NCBI GenBank assembly: GCA_963770145.1
Contig: CAVYOJ010000002.1
Location: 39,839 to 103,838 of the forward strand
From: an uncultured Actinomycetota bacterium
GTDB taxonomy: Bacteria > Actinomycetota > Actinomycetes > Mycobacteriales > CADCTP01
Reading direction: 5' to 3'
DNA length: 64,000 nucleotides
Part shown: positions 1-10,772 of the stretch, in pieces
Numbering within the stretch: position 1 is the stretch's first letter
Layout of the letters: each line of letters starts with the position of its first letter
Translations under genes and position numbers: made by a program
Notes under the pieces: model-generated
What the model was told of the DNA's origin: nothing
The model's database searches: none
What the model saw: only the letters and a program-made list of their open reading frames with translations

Positions 1-2848
1 CCAGGTCGGGCTCTGGGCGGCCGTCAAGGACGTCGCCAAGATGGCGGTCGGGCTCGGCAGCGACCTGCCGCTGCGCGGCCGGTTCGCGGAGGTGTTCCCG
101 CCCTCGGTGGCGGCCCTGTTCTGGGTCGGCGTGCTGCTGGTGCTGCTGCGCGCGCTGGCCCCGCGCCGGCGGGTGGTCAGCGACCCTGGCCCGACCGCCG
201 AGGAGCTGGTCGCGAGCGAGGACTCGCTGGCCTACTTCGCCACCCGGGACGACCGGCTCGCCGCCCGCGACGGCGCCGCGCTGGTCTCGTACGGGGTCGC
301 CGGTGCGGTGGCCCTCGGCGCCGGCGACCCGATCGGCCCGCCGGCCGAGCTGGCCCGGCGCGATCAGGGCGTTCCTCGACCAGGCGGCCCGGCAGGGGCG
401 GGTCCCGGCGGTGATCGGCTGCTCGGAGGCGGCGATCGAGGAGTACGAGCGGGCCGGCCTGCACCGGATCTACCTCGGCGACGAGGCGGTGCTGGAGCTG
501 ACCGGCTTCGACATCGAGGCCAAGTCCGCGCCAGCACGCCCGCCGCGGCTGGAACCGCGGCAACCGGGACGGGCTCAAGGCCGAGGTGCGGCGGTCCGGC
601 GACCTCGACGCCGGCACGGTCGCCGAGCTGGTCGGTCTGTCGGACCGGTGGCGGGGCGGCGCCGCCGAGCGCGGGTTCTCGATGTCGCTCGGCCGGCTGT
701 TCGACCCGCGGGACCGGAACTCGGTGGTGGTGATCGCCCGGGACGGCGCCGGCAAGCTGGTCGGCTTCCTCAACCTGGTGCCCTGGGACGCCGACGGCGC
801 CAGCCTGGACGTGATGCGCCGGGACAAGGGCGCGCCCAGCATCATCAACGAGTTCCTCATCGTCGAGGCGGCCCGGCAGCTGCCGCAGCTCGGCGTCACC
901 CGGCTGTCGCTGAACTTCGCCTTCCTGCGCGGGCTGATCACGGCGCGCCGACATGAGCGGTGCCTCGCTCTGGGCCCGCATGCAGGCCTGGTTCCTGCGC
1001 AAGATGTCGCGCTGGTTCCAGATCGAGTCGCTCTACCTGTTCAACCAGAAGTTCGGCCCGGACTGGGTGCCGCGCTACTGCGGGATCCAGTCGATGGAGG
1101 ACCTGCCCCGGGTGGCGCTGGCGATGGGCCGGGCCGAGGGGTTCGTGGAGAGCCCGGTCCGGCTGCCCTGGCGCCGGCGGTCGACCGGCACGCCGTTCGC
1201 CGGCAGCGCCGGCGAGGCCGACGTCACCGCCCGGGTCCGCCGCGCGGCCGGCCACGCTCGTGGTCACGGCCGGCGCGATCGCCACCGTGCCCGGCACGGC
1301 CGCGGCGACCCGCCCGGCCGCTGCGGCCGCCCAGGCGGCGGGGACCAGGGCGCCGGTGCGGGAGACCCGGGCCGAGCCGAGCCGGCTGGAGAAGGCGCGG
1401 CGGACGAAGCTGACCCGGATGCGGGCGGACGGGATCGACCCGTACCCGGTCGGGTTCACCCGCACCGCCACCCTGGCCGAGGTGACCGACCGCTGGAACG
1501 GCCTGACCCCCGGCGAGGAGACCAGCGACGAGGTCAGGGTGGCCGGGCGGATCATGCTCCGGCACGCCGTCGGCGGGCTGACGTTCTGGACCATCCGCCA
1601 GGGCGCCGACCAGCTGCAGGTCATGCTCGACCGGGACGTGCTCGGCCCGGACGCCTACCAGCAGGCCGGCCGCTACGACCCGGGCGACTGGGTCGGCGCC
1701 GACGGCACCGTGGTCCGCACCCGCCGCGGCGAGCTGTCGGTCAAGGCCACCATCGTGACGCTGCTGACCAAGTCGCTGCGGCCGCTGCCGGACAAGTGGC
1801 GCGGCCTGACCGACGTCGAGGTCCGCTCCCGCCAGCGCGAGCTCGACCTGACCATGAACCCGGCGACCCACCGCACCTTCGCCCTGCGCTCCACCGTGCT
1901 GGACAGCCTCCGGCACTCCATGGCCACCCGGCACTACGTCGAGGTCGAGACGCCCATCCTCCAGGTCCAACCCGGCGGCGCCACCGCCCGCCCGTTCATC
2001 ACCCACCACAACGCGTACGACATCGACCTCTACGCGCGCGTCGCCAGCGAGCTCTACCTCAAGCGCCTGCTCGTCGGCGGCATGGACCGCGTCTTCGACC
2101 TCGGCCCCATGTTCCGCAACGAAGGCGTCGACACCCGCCACAACCCCGAATTCACCATGCTCGAGTCCAACGAGGCGTTTCGCCGACTACCGCGACATGA
2201 TGCGGCTGTGCCAGGACCTCTTCCGCGAGGCCGCCGGCGCCGTCGGCCCGCTGACGGTCCCGTACCAGGGCAAGCAGATCGACATCGGCACCGACTGGCG
2301 GCAGGTCACCATGCTCGACGCCGTCGCCGAACACCTGCACGTGCCCGACCTGTCCTACGAATGGCCGGTCGAACGCCTCCGCGAGCTCTGCGACCAGCAC
2401 CACGTGCCCTGGGAAGCCCGACTGGGGCACCGGCAAGCTCGTCGACGGCCTCTACGACGAGCTGGTCGAGGCGTCGATCGTCCAGCCGACGTTCATCATC
2501 GACCAACCCAAGGAGATCTCCCCGCTCGCCCACCCCCACCGCGACGACCCGTTCGTCACCGAACGCTTCGAGCTCGTCATCGCCGGGCGCGAATACGCCA
2601 ACGCCTACAGCGAACTCACCGACCCCCTCGACCAACGCGCCCGCATGGAGGCCCAAGCCCTCGCGAAAGCCGGCGGGGACGAGGAAGCCATGGTCGTCGA
2701 CGAGACCTACCTGCGGGCACTGGAGCTGGGTCTGCCGCCGAACGCCGGGCTCGGGATCGGCGTAGACCGGCTCGTCATGCTCCTCGGCGACCTACCCTCC
2801 ATCCGGGAGGCAATCCTCTTCCCGCAGCTGCGGCCGGAAGGTCGGTGA
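1..2848 (+). pseudogene. lysX: LysX-type fusion: lysyl-phosphatidylglycerol synthase (MprF C-terminal domain) + class II lysyl-tRNA synthetase; 5' end outside window; frame broken about 6 times
   Basis: Consecutive homologous pieces lie in ORFs 41-733, 303-956, 586-1413, 953-2200, 960-2765, 2197-2853 and 2645-2848. MprF-like FLNLVPWDADGASLDVMRR. LysRS OB-fold VRVAGRIMLRH..GGLTFWTIRQ, motif 2 DRVFDLGPMFRNEG, motif 3 [13 protein letters not shown]. Open from base 2. Confidence 0.85.
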
Positions 2849-2849
2849 G

Positions 2850-4346
2850 GTGACGGAGACGTCGACGCCGGAGGTCGTCCCCTGCCCGGAGGAGATCTCG
2901 CTCGAGCTCGGCCCCGACGGGCAGATCGTGTTCGTCTCGGACGTCCACCTCACCGGCGGCGGCCCGGTCGCCGACTTCGGCGCGACCACCGAGCTGGTCG
3001 ATCTGCTGACCGAGCTGGGCAGGCACGAGGGCGAGAAGCTGCTGCTGCTCGGCGGGGACATCTTCGACCTGCTGCAGGCCGGCGGGACGCCGGTGGAGGC
3101 CGTCGACCGGGTGCTCGCCGCCGCGGACGCGCAGGCGGTGGCGGCGGCCTCGGCCGCGCTGGCCGCCCTCCGGGACGCGACCGTCGTCTACCTGGTCGGC
3201 AACCACGACTCGGCCCTGGCCTGGCACGCGGAGGCCAGGCGACGGGTGGCCGAGGCCTTCGGGGTCGACCGGTTCGCGCTGCGGGCGCGGGTCGAGACGC
3301 AGACGCTGGACGGCCGGACCGTCACCGTGCTGGCCGAGCACGGGCACGCGCTCGACGTCTACAACCGGCACGCCGATCCGTACGACCCGCTGGACACGCC
3401 GGCCGGCGACCACGTCGTGCAGGAGGTGGTCAACCGCTTCGACCTGCTCGCGCCGGAGCGGCCGGACCTCGCGCTGGACCAGATCGACAACGTCCGCCCC
3501 TCGGCGGCGGTCCCGATCTGGCTGGTGTCCAACTTCTTCTACCGGTTCCTGCGCCGCACGCTGCGCCGGTTCGCGCTCCCGCTGGCCGGGCTGTTCGTGC
3601 TGCTGCACCTGCCGGTGGCCACGCTGATCCTGCACGACCTGAACCGGCATCGGCGGTCCGAGGAAGTCGCCCGGCTCACCGACCGGGCGATCATCTGGCT
3701 GTTCGCCATCGTCGTCGTCGACCTCATCCTGTTCGTCGTCCTCGCCGCGTTCCTCGGCCGGTCGCTGCGGGACGCCGCGGCCGTGTACGGCGGCACACCC
3801 GAGGACGACGAGGTCGACGAGGCCCGCCGGGCCGCGGCGATGGGCGAGCTGCTCACGATCCGCGACCCGGCCGCGTCGGTGCTGCTGGGCGGGCACACCC
3901 ACCGGGCCCTGCTGGTGCCGGGCGGCCGCGGCCGGGTGGTCGCCGACGCCGGCTGCTGGATCCAGGGCATGGTCCCGGTCCGGGCCTGGCTCTCGCTGCC
4001 GCCGGTGTTCGTGCCGGCGTACCCGTGCACCTGGCTGCAGGTGCTCCCCGCGGTCGGCGGGGTCAAGGTCAGCCTGTGGGAGCGGCCGCTGGCCGTGGTC
4101 CGCCGGCTCTCGCTGCTGGAGCGGATCGTGATGCGGGGCCGGCCAGCACCGTCGAAACCGGGCCCGCCCCGCACGGTGCGCGAGGAGCTGGCGCTGCCCC
4201 ATCCCGGCGCGCTGCGCACGGACTGGACGCCGGGGGCGGCCGCTGCGGCGGCCACCGATGATCCGCTCGGCTCGCAGCGGTGGGCCGGGCTGCCGACCGC
4301 GTCGGCCGGGTCGGCCGGGTCGGCCCCGGACGAGCCGGCCCGCTGA
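2850..4346 (+). CDS. membrane-anchored metallophosphoesterase (calcineurin-like)
   Basis: Intact 498-aa ORF. Phosphoesterase motifs VFVSDVHL, LLGGDIFD, VGNHD, EHGH, GGHTH. Central hydrophobic segments. GTG start 2 nt after the lysX stop. Confidence 0.8.
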   Translation: MTETSTPEVVPCPEEISLELGPDGQIVFVSDVHLTGGGPVADFGATTELVDLLTELGRHEGEKLLLLGGDIFDLLQAGGTPVEAVDRVLAAADAQAVAAASAALAALRDATVVYLVGNHDSALAWHAEARRRVAEAFGVDRFALRARVETQTLDGRTVTVLAEHGHALDVYNRHADPYDPLDTPAGDHVVQEVVNRFDLLAPERPDLALDQIDNVRPSAAVPIWLVSNFFYRFLRRTLRRFALPLAGLFVLLHLPVATLILHDLNRHRRSEEVARLTDRAIIWLFAIVVVDLILFVVLAAFLGRSLRDAAAVYGGTPEDDEVDEARRAAAMGELLTIRDPAASVLLGGHTHRALLVPGGRGRVVADAGCWIQGMVPVRAWLSLPPVFVPAYPCTWLQVLPAVGGVKVSLWERPLAVVRRLSLLERIVMRGRPAPSKPGPPRTVREELALPHPGALRTDWTPGAAAAAATDDPLGSQRWAGLPTASAGSAGSAPDEPAR

Positions 4347-5263
4347 TGGTCACGGCGCTGCTGGCGCTCGCCGGCACCGTCATCTGCTACGGCACGGCCA
4401 CCGTGCTGCAGAACATCGCGGCGCAGCGGGCCGATCGGCACGAGGGCACCGACGCGCTGCTCGTCGTCCGGCTGCTGCGCGACCTGCCGTACGTGGCCGG
4501 CACCGCGCTGGACGGGCTCGGCTTCCTGCTGTCGCTGCTGGCGCTGCGGCAGCTGCCGGTGTTCGCCGTGCAGGCCGGCGTGGCCGGCAGCATCGGCGTC
4601 ACGGCGGTCCTCGCGGCGGTGTTCTTCAGCGAGCGGCTGATCGCCCGCGGCTGGGCGGCGCTGGCGCTGATCTGCATCGGCCTGGTCGCGGTGGCCATCA
4701 GCGCGGCGCCGGAGGCGGCAGACGTACCCGGCACCGGCACCAAGGCCGGGATCGTCGCCGCCGTGGTCGTGCTCGCGGTGCTCGGCTGGCTGGCCCTGCG
4801 GCACGGCCAGGACACCCGCTCGGCCATCGCGCTGGCCACGGTGAGCGGGCTCGCGTACGGCGGCGCGGCGCTGGCCGCTCGGATACTGTCCTCCGGGGAC
4901 GGGACCTACTTCTCCGGCGACGGGCTGCTGCACCTGCTCGCCGACCCGATGCTGTACGCGCTGATCGCCTACGGTGCGGTCGGCCTGGTGACCTTCTCGG
5001 CCGCGCTGCAGCGGGGCACCGTGACCACGGTGGCCGCCGTCGTCGTCGTGGCCGAGACGATCGCGCCGGCACTCGCCGGCATCGCCCTGCTCGGCGACCG
5101 GGCCAAGCCCGGACTCGGTGTTGTCGCCGTGCTTGCCTTTGTCGCTACCGTCGTCGGCGCCTGGGTGCTGACCCGGGTCGACCCCGGAAGGGCACCAGCG
5201 GCACCGAAATCGGACGGCGCGGGCCCGACGGGCCCGCGCCCGGAGTCACGGGAGAACGCATGA
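4346..5263 (+). CDS. polytopic integral membrane protein (DMT/EamA-like topology)
   Basis: ATG at 4346 overlaps the upstream TGA (TGATG). About 9-10 hydrophobic helices. High GC3. No diagnostic catalytic motif recognised. Confidence 0.6.
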   Translation: MVTALLALAGTVICYGTATVLQNIAAQRADRHEGTDALLVVRLLRDLPYVAGTALDGLGFLLSLLALRQLPVFAVQAGVAGSIGVTAVLAAVFFSERLIARGWAALALICIGLVAVAISAAPEAADVPGTGTKAGIVAAVVVLAVLGWLALRHGQDTRSAIALATVSGLAYGGAALAARILSSGDGTYFSGDGLLHLLADPMLYALIAYGAVGLVTFSAALQRGTVTTVAAVVVVAETIAPALAGIALLGDRAKPGLGVVAVLAFVATVVGAWVLTRVDPGRAPAAPKSDGAGPTGPRPESRENA

Positions 5264-5814
5264 GCGGCTACGACGACGGGCGACCCTACGACGAGCGGGG
5301 CTACCCACAGTCTCCCTACGACCAACGCGGATATCCCGGCGGCCCGCCGGCGTCCGGACCGCCGGCCCGGGTCACGGTCAACGCCGGCCGGCTGTGGGCG
5401 GCCGGCGTCGCCACCGCGCTGGTCTGCGCGCTGATCGGGCTGGTGGGGGTGCTGGTGGTCCGGGCCGTCTTCAACGTCGCCCTCTACGCGCCGGAGTCGG
5501 CCAGCGCGGTCGGGGACATCGACACCGGCCTGCTCTGCCTGGTCGCGGCGGGCGCCGCCCTGGTCGCCACCGGCCTGGTGCACCTGCTGCTGCTGAGCAC
5601 CCCGCGGCCGCTGGCCTACTTCGGCTGGATCGTCGGGTTGGGCACGCTGGCCGCCGTGGTGGTGCCGTTCCTGTCCGTCAGCCCGCTGTCGGTCGCGGTC
5701 GCCATGGCGGTGATCCACCTGATCATCGGGCTGGCGATCGGCACGCTGATCTCCGGCGCTGCCCGCGCCGCCACCCGCAGTCCCGCCGGCGGCCCCAGCT
5801 ACGACCTGCACTAG
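5260..5814 (+). CDS. Pro/Tyr-rich N-terminus + 4-TM membrane protein, unknown function
   Basis: ATGA overlap with the previous gene. MSGYDDGRPYDERGYPQSPYDQRGYPGG followed by four hydrophobic helices. In frame with ORF 4258-5814. Confidence 0.6.
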   Translation: MSGYDDGRPYDERGYPQSPYDQRGYPGGPPASGPPARVTVNAGRLWAAGVATALVCALIGLVGVLVVRAVFNVALYAPESASAVGDIDTGLLCLVAAGAALVATGLVHLLLLSTPRPLAYFGWIVGLGTLAAVVVPFLSVSPLSVAVAMAVIHLIIGLAIGTLISGAARAATRSPAGGPSYDLH

Positions 5815-5826
5815 CGACCGTCCACT

Positions 5827-7130
5827 GTGGACCTCAGCACCACCATAAACACGCTGCTGGTGATCGCCGCGGTGGCGGCGGCCGCCCCGTTGCTGGTCGC
5901 CCTGCTGCCGTGGGTGCGGGTGCCGCAGGTCGTGCTCCTCATCGCCGGCGGGATCGTGATCGGGCCGGAGGCGCTCGACCTCGGCTCCGCCGGCAGCGTG
6001 CAGGTGCTCTCCGATCTCGGGCTCGGCTTCGTGTTCCTGCTCGCCGGGTACGAGGTCGAGCTCGCCCTGTTCGGGTCCAGCAGCGGCCGCCGCGCGATCG
6101 CCTCCTGGTTGGTCACCGCGGCGCTGGCCGCCGGCGTCGTCGGGGCGCTCGGCGCCGCCGGGCTCGTGCACGCGTACGTGCCGGTGGCGATCGGGCTGAC
6201 CACGACGGCGCTGGGCACGCTGCTGCCGATCCTGCGCGAGCACGACCTGCTGCGTGGCCGGCTCGGCCGGCACCTGATCGCCGCGGGCGCGGTCGGCGAG
6301 CTGTTCCCGATCCTCGCGGTGGCGCTGTTCCTCGGGATCGTCAGCCGGTTCGTCGCGCTGCTGTCCGTGCTGTCCGTCGTGGCGATCGCGTTCGTGCTGA
6401 GCGCGGCCCACCGGCTGGTCGGTCGCGGCCGGCTGCTGGAGATCGTCCGGCAGTCCCAGCACGAGACCAGCCAGGCGATCCTGCGCTGCACCGTCCTGCT
6501 GCTCATGGTGCTGCTCGCGGCGACCAACGAGTTCCACCTCGACGCGGTGCTCGGCGCCTTCATCGCCGGCATGGTGCTGCGCCGGTGGGCCGGCGCGAGC
6601 GCACCGCTGCTGGAGGAGAAGCTGGACGCGATCGGCTACGGGTTCTTCATCCCGATCTTCTTCGTCTACTCGGGGATGACGCTCGACATCCGGTCGATCG
6701 CCGACGCACCGCTGCGGGTGGTGCTGTTCCTGGCGCTGATGGTGGCCGTGCGCGGGCTGCCGGCGCTGCTGGTCTACCGCGGGCTGCTCGTCCAGCCGGG
6801 AACGGCTGGAGCTGGCCCTGATCACCGCCACCTCGCTGCCGCTGCTCGTCGCGCTGGCCGAGATCGGCCGCCGGAACGGGACGATGCTGCCGGAGAACGC
6901 GGCCGCGCTGGTCGGCGCCGGCGTGCTCAGCGTGCTGATCCTCCCGTCGGCCGCCATCGCCGTGCGCAAGCGGGGCAGGGCCGACCCGGCGGACGCCGAG
7001 CCGGCTGACTCCGAGCCGGCTGCACTCCGAGCCGGCGGACTCCGGGTCGGCGGACTCCGAGTCGGCCGACCCCGACCGGGCAGACCCCGACCCGACCGAG
7101 CCGGCAGAGCCGGGCCAGGTCGGTCGGTGA
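5827..7130 (+). pseudogene. cation:proton antiporter (CPA2/Kef-like), two +1 frame breaks (about 6790 and 7023)
   Basis: Na_H exchanger-like TM core (GPEALDLG.., LGLGFVFLLAGYEV, FFIPIFFVYSGM) in ORF 5827-7008. It continues as ERLELALITATSLPLLVALAEIG in the 6884-7147 frame. The acidic tail reads to TGA 7128-7130 after removing one base. Confidence 0.75.
6991..7111. repeat. 15-bp tandem repeat (about 8 units) encoding an acidic A-D-S-E-P-type pentapeptide tail of the antiporter
   Basis: Units ggacgccgagccggc / tgactccgagccggc / tgCactccgagccggc (16 bp) / ggactccgggtcggc / ggactccgagtcggc / cgaccccgaccgggc / agaccccgacccgac. The single 16-bp unit coincides with the frame break. Confidence 0.8.
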
Positions 7131-7149
7131 CCGGCCGGGCCGGATGAGC

Positions 7150-7314
7150 TCAGCTCGGCAGGAGCTCGATCCAGCCGCGGATGTCCTCGGCGGTCTCGGT
7201 GTCGGCCAGCTCGGGGTGCTCCGCGGCGACGTGCACGAGGACCTTCTCGATCACGGCGTCGTCGGTGTCGCCGCGGGCCGTGAAGCCGCACTCGCAGCGG
7301 ACCTGACGGGTCAT
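7150..7314 (-). CDS. DUF1059-type small protein
   Basis: 54 aa, MTRQVRCECGFTARGDTDDAVIEKVLVHVAAEHPEL.., typical of the DUF1059 family. ATG confirmed at 7312-7314. Confidence 0.7.
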   Translation of the reverse strand: MTRQVRCECGFTARGDTDDAVIEKVLVHVAAEHPELADTETAEDIRGWIELLPS

Positions 7315-7374
7315 CGGTGTGCTCCCTTCGGCTGTACGCTCCACCTCTAGCGCCTCCACGCCTAGGGAGGCAAC

Positions 7375-8129
7375 GTGCAGGGCGCATCCGATGCCGCCCG
7401 GGTGCAGCTGTGCGGGACGTTCGTCGTGGAGCTGGCCGGCCGGCGGGTCAACCAGGCGCTGCCCGGGCGGCAGGGCCGGCTGCTGTTCGCCTACCTGACG
7501 CTGAGCCGCCTGCAGCCGGTCCCCCGCGACGTCCTCGTCGACGCGCTGTGGGGTGAGTCGCCGCCGCCGGCCGCCGCCGTCGGCGCTGACCGTGCTGGTC
7601 TCCAAGGTCCGCGCCGCGGTCGGGCCGGACGTGCTGCGCGGCCGGACCGAGCTGGCCGTCGCGCTGCCCGAGCCCGCGTACGTCGACGTGGAGGACGCGT
7701 TCGGCGCCCTGCACGCGGCCGAGTCGGCGCTGGCCCGGCAGGACTGGCGGAAGGCCTGGGCCCCGGCGCTGACCGCGCAGTTCGTGACCCGGCGGCGGTT
7801 CCTGCCCGAGGCCGACGCAGCCCTGGGCCGACCCGTGGCGGCGCCGGCTGGCCGACGTGCACGTCCGCGCGCTGGAGTGCTACGCGACCGCCTGCCTGCG
7901 CCTCGGCGGCGGCGAGCTGCCCGGGGCCGAGCGGGCGGCCCGGGAGCTGCTCGAGGTCGCGCCGCTGCGGGAGACCGGGCACCTGCTGCTGATGGAGTCG
8001 CTGGCCGCCCGGGGCAACGTCGCCGAGGCGCTGGCCGCGTACGAGCGGCTGCGGGTGCTGCTGCGCGAGTCGCTCGGCGTCGACCCGGGCCGGGCCGTCC
8101 AGGACACGTACGCGCAGCTGCTGGGCTGA
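7375..8129 (+). pseudogene. small SARP-family regulator (OmpR-type wHTH + BTAD), two +1 frame breaks
   Basis: VQLCGTFVVELAGRRV..GRQGRLLFAYLTLSR..PRDVLVDALWGE (ORF 7375-). Then LTVLVSKVRAAVGPDVL (7553 frame). Then BTAD end LMESLAARGNVAEALAAYERLRVLLRESLGVDPG (7857-8129). Confidence 0.8.
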
Positions 8130-8148
8130 CCGGGTCGCGCTGACCTGG

Positions 8149-8191
8149 CCGACAACGTTCCGACAACGTGCGGCCAACCCGCCGACAAGGA
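8149..8191 (+). promoter_or_regulatory. four direct repeats at exact 11-bp phasing (CCGACAACGT x2 perfect, 2 degenerate): candidate SARP box
   Basis: Repeat starts are at 8149, 8160, 8171 and 8182. The array lies 20 bp after the SARP stop and about 50 bp upstream of the methyltransferase ATG at 8240. Confidence 0.45.
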
Positions 8192-8239
8192 CCGATGCGC
8201 AGGCTTCCGGCATCGACCCGAACCCATCGGAGGGATGAC

Positions 8240-9263
8240 ATGGAAGACCAGCTCACGATCCTGCTCGGCCGCTTCGTGCAGGACCTCGGCGCGACGGTGT
8301 CCGCCGGCAACGTGCTGATCGGCGACGAGCTCGGGCTCTACCGGGCGCTGGCCGAGGCCGGCCCGTTCACCGCGGCCGAGCTGGCCGCCTACACCGGCAC
8401 CGCCGAGCGGTACGTCCGCGAGTGGCTGCCCGGCCAGGCCGCCGGCGGCTACGTCAGCTACGACACCGGCACCGACCGGTACTGGCTGAACGAGGCGCAG
8501 GCGGTCGCCTTCGCCGACCCGGGCGGCATGCTGCTGCCCGGCGCGTACCAGCTCGCGCTGGCCTGCCTGGCCGACCGGCAGATGATCGTCGAGGCGTTCC
8601 GCACCGGGCAGGGCGTCGCCTGGGGCGCGCACGACGAGAACGTGTTCACCGGCTGCGAGCGCTTCTACCGGCCCGGCTACGTCCAGAACCTGGTCAGCGC
8701 CTGGATCCCGGCCGTGCCCGGGCTGGCCGACCGGCTCACCGCCGGCATCGCGGTGGCCGACGTCGGCTGCGGGCTCGGCGCGTCGACCAGGATCATCGCC
8801 GAGACCTACCCGGCCTCGTCGGTGCGCGGGTTCGACTCGCACCCGGAGTCGATCGAGCTGGCCCGGGCCGGCGGCGGTCGACGCCGACGTGGCCAGGGCC
8901 CAGGACTTCCCCGGCACCGGGTACGGCCTGGTGGCCACGTTCGACTGCCTGCACGACATGGGCGACCCGGTCGGCGCCGCCCGGCACATCCGCGACGCGC
9001 TCGCCGACGACGGGATCTGGCTGATCGTCGAGCCGTACGCGGGCGGCACGGTCGCGGAGAACCTCACCCCGGTCGGCCGGGTCTACTACAACTTCTCCAC
9101 GTTCCTGTGCGTGCCGCACGCGATCTCCGAGGGCGCCGCGGACGCGCTCGGCAACCAGGCCGGCGAGGCGCCGATCGGCAAGATCGTCTCGGAGGCCGGG
9201 TTCGGCACGTTCCGGCGAGTGGCGGAGACCCCCTTCAACCTGGTGTACGAGGCCCGGCCGTGA
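8240..9263 (+). pseudogene. class I SAM-dependent methyltransferase with N-terminal winged-helix domain, one +1 frame break (about 8870)
   Basis: VADVGCGLGAS (SAM motif I) in ORF 8168-10018. The C-terminal part GLVATFDCLHDMGDP..DGIWLIVEP is in ORF 8889-9263. Confidence 0.8.
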
Positions 9264-10018
9264 CCGATGGCCCGCGGTCGTACGAGCGGTATCTCGTGCC
9301 GGAGTTCTTCGTCCCGTGCGCCGAGCAGCTGGTGCGGCTGGCCGCGCCGGTGGCCGGCGAGCGGGCGGTGGACCTGGCCTGCGGCACCGGCGTGGTCGCC
9401 CGCCGGCTCGCCGACCGCGGGCTGTCGGTGACCGGGGTGGACCTGGCCGACGCGATGGTGGCCTTCGCGGCGGCGGCCGAGCCGCGGGTCGACTGGCGGG
9501 TGGCCGCGGCCGGCGCGCTGCCGCTCGGCGACGGGACGGTCGACCTGGTCTGCTGCCAGCAGGGGTTGCAGTTCTTCCCCGATCCGGCCGACGCGCTGCG
9601 CGACGTGCATCGCGTGCTCGCGCCGGGCGGCCGGCTGGCGCTGGCGGTCTGGCGCGGGATCGAGCACCACCCGGCCTGGGCGGCGTTCGTCGACGCCCTG
9701 GATCACTGGGCCGGACCGGAGGCGGGCGCCGTGATGCGGCGCCCGCTGTCCGGGCCGGACCGGGACGGGCTGCGGCGGTTGCTGACGGACGCCGGCTTCA
9801 CCCGCGTACGGATTCGGATCGCCACCGTGCTGCCGCGCTTCCCTTCGGCGCGGGAGTTCCTGCGGCAGGAGACGGCCGGCAGCCCGCTGGCCGGCGTGCT
9901 GGACCCGGCGCTGGTCGACCGGCTCGGCGAGCAGCTCGAACGCGACCTGTCCCCGTACACGGACGATGACGGGGTCGTGCTGCCGATGCAGACCTGGCTC
10001 GCCACCGCCTGCCGCTGA
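9260..10018 (+). CDS. class I SAM-dependent methyltransferase
   Basis: GTGA overlap with the upstream gene. AVDLACGTGVVARRL motif I, VDLVCCQQGLQFFPD, LAPGGRLALAVW. Intact. Confidence 0.8.
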   Translation: MTDGPRSYERYLVPEFFVPCAEQLVRLAAPVAGERAVDLACGTGVVARRLADRGLSVTGVDLADAMVAFAAAAEPRVDWRVAAAGALPLGDGTVDLVCCQQGLQFFPDPADALRDVHRVLAPGGRLALAVWRGIEHHPAWAAFVDALDHWAGPEAGAVMRRPLSGPDRDGLRRLLTDAGFTRVRIRIATVLPRFPSAREFLRQETAGSPLAGVLDPALVDRLGEQLERDLSPYTDDDGVVLPMQTWLATACR

Positions 10019-10099
10019 GGCCGGGTACGTCGAACTGCGTACGGACAGGGTCGATCCCGGGCGGATGTGCCGGCAGGGACCGGCGGCGAGGCTTTCGGC

Positions 10100-10643
10100 A
10101 TGACAACCGCGACGCAGACCCGCCGACCCCGGCCGGCCCGGCGAGCGCCGTTCCGGCTGCGCGGGCGCACCCGTAAGACCATCCTGATCCTGCACATCCT
10201 CTCCGTCGGCACCTGGGTCGGCGTGGACGTGATCGTCGCCGTCCTGGTGCTGACCGGCTGGCTGAGCAGCGACGCCGTCGGTGCGCGGGCTGGCCTACCA
10301 GGCGCTCGGCACGTTCGTCGTCTGGCCGATGCTCGTCTCCGCCCTGGTCAGCCTGGTGACCGGGGTGCTGCTCGGCCTGGGCAGCAAGTACGGCCTGGTC
10401 CGCTACTGGTGGGTGGCGGTCAAGCTGGCGCTCAACCTCGTGCTCTGCACGCTGATCCTGATCGCGCTGCAGCCTGGGCTCGGCGAGGTCGCCCAGTACG
10501 GCCGGGACCTGGCCGCCGGGACGGCGACCGAGCGGGACATGTCCGACCTGTTCTTCCCGCCGATCGTGTCGCTGTCCGCGCTGACGTTCGCGACGATCCT
10601 GTCGGTCGCGAAGCCGTGGGGTCGGCTGCGCAAGCGCGGTTGA
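10100..10643 (+). pseudogene. 4-TM membrane protein (DUF2269-like), one +1 frame break (about 10280)
   Basis: The N-terminal part with ILILHILSVGTWVGVDV is in ORF 10067-. The remainder LAYQALGTFVVWP..YWWVAVKLALNLVL is in ORF 10281-10643. Confidence 0.6.
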
Positions 10644-10772
10644 TCCTCCTCGTGCCTGCCTCGGCGTCGGTGACGCCGGGGTAAAGGCGCGCTTATGGCG
10701 CGGTGGCCGCGCGGATGCCAGGATCAGGCGTCCCGGTCCCGATAGTGCCTCAGTGTGGAGGTGCCGGCGTTG

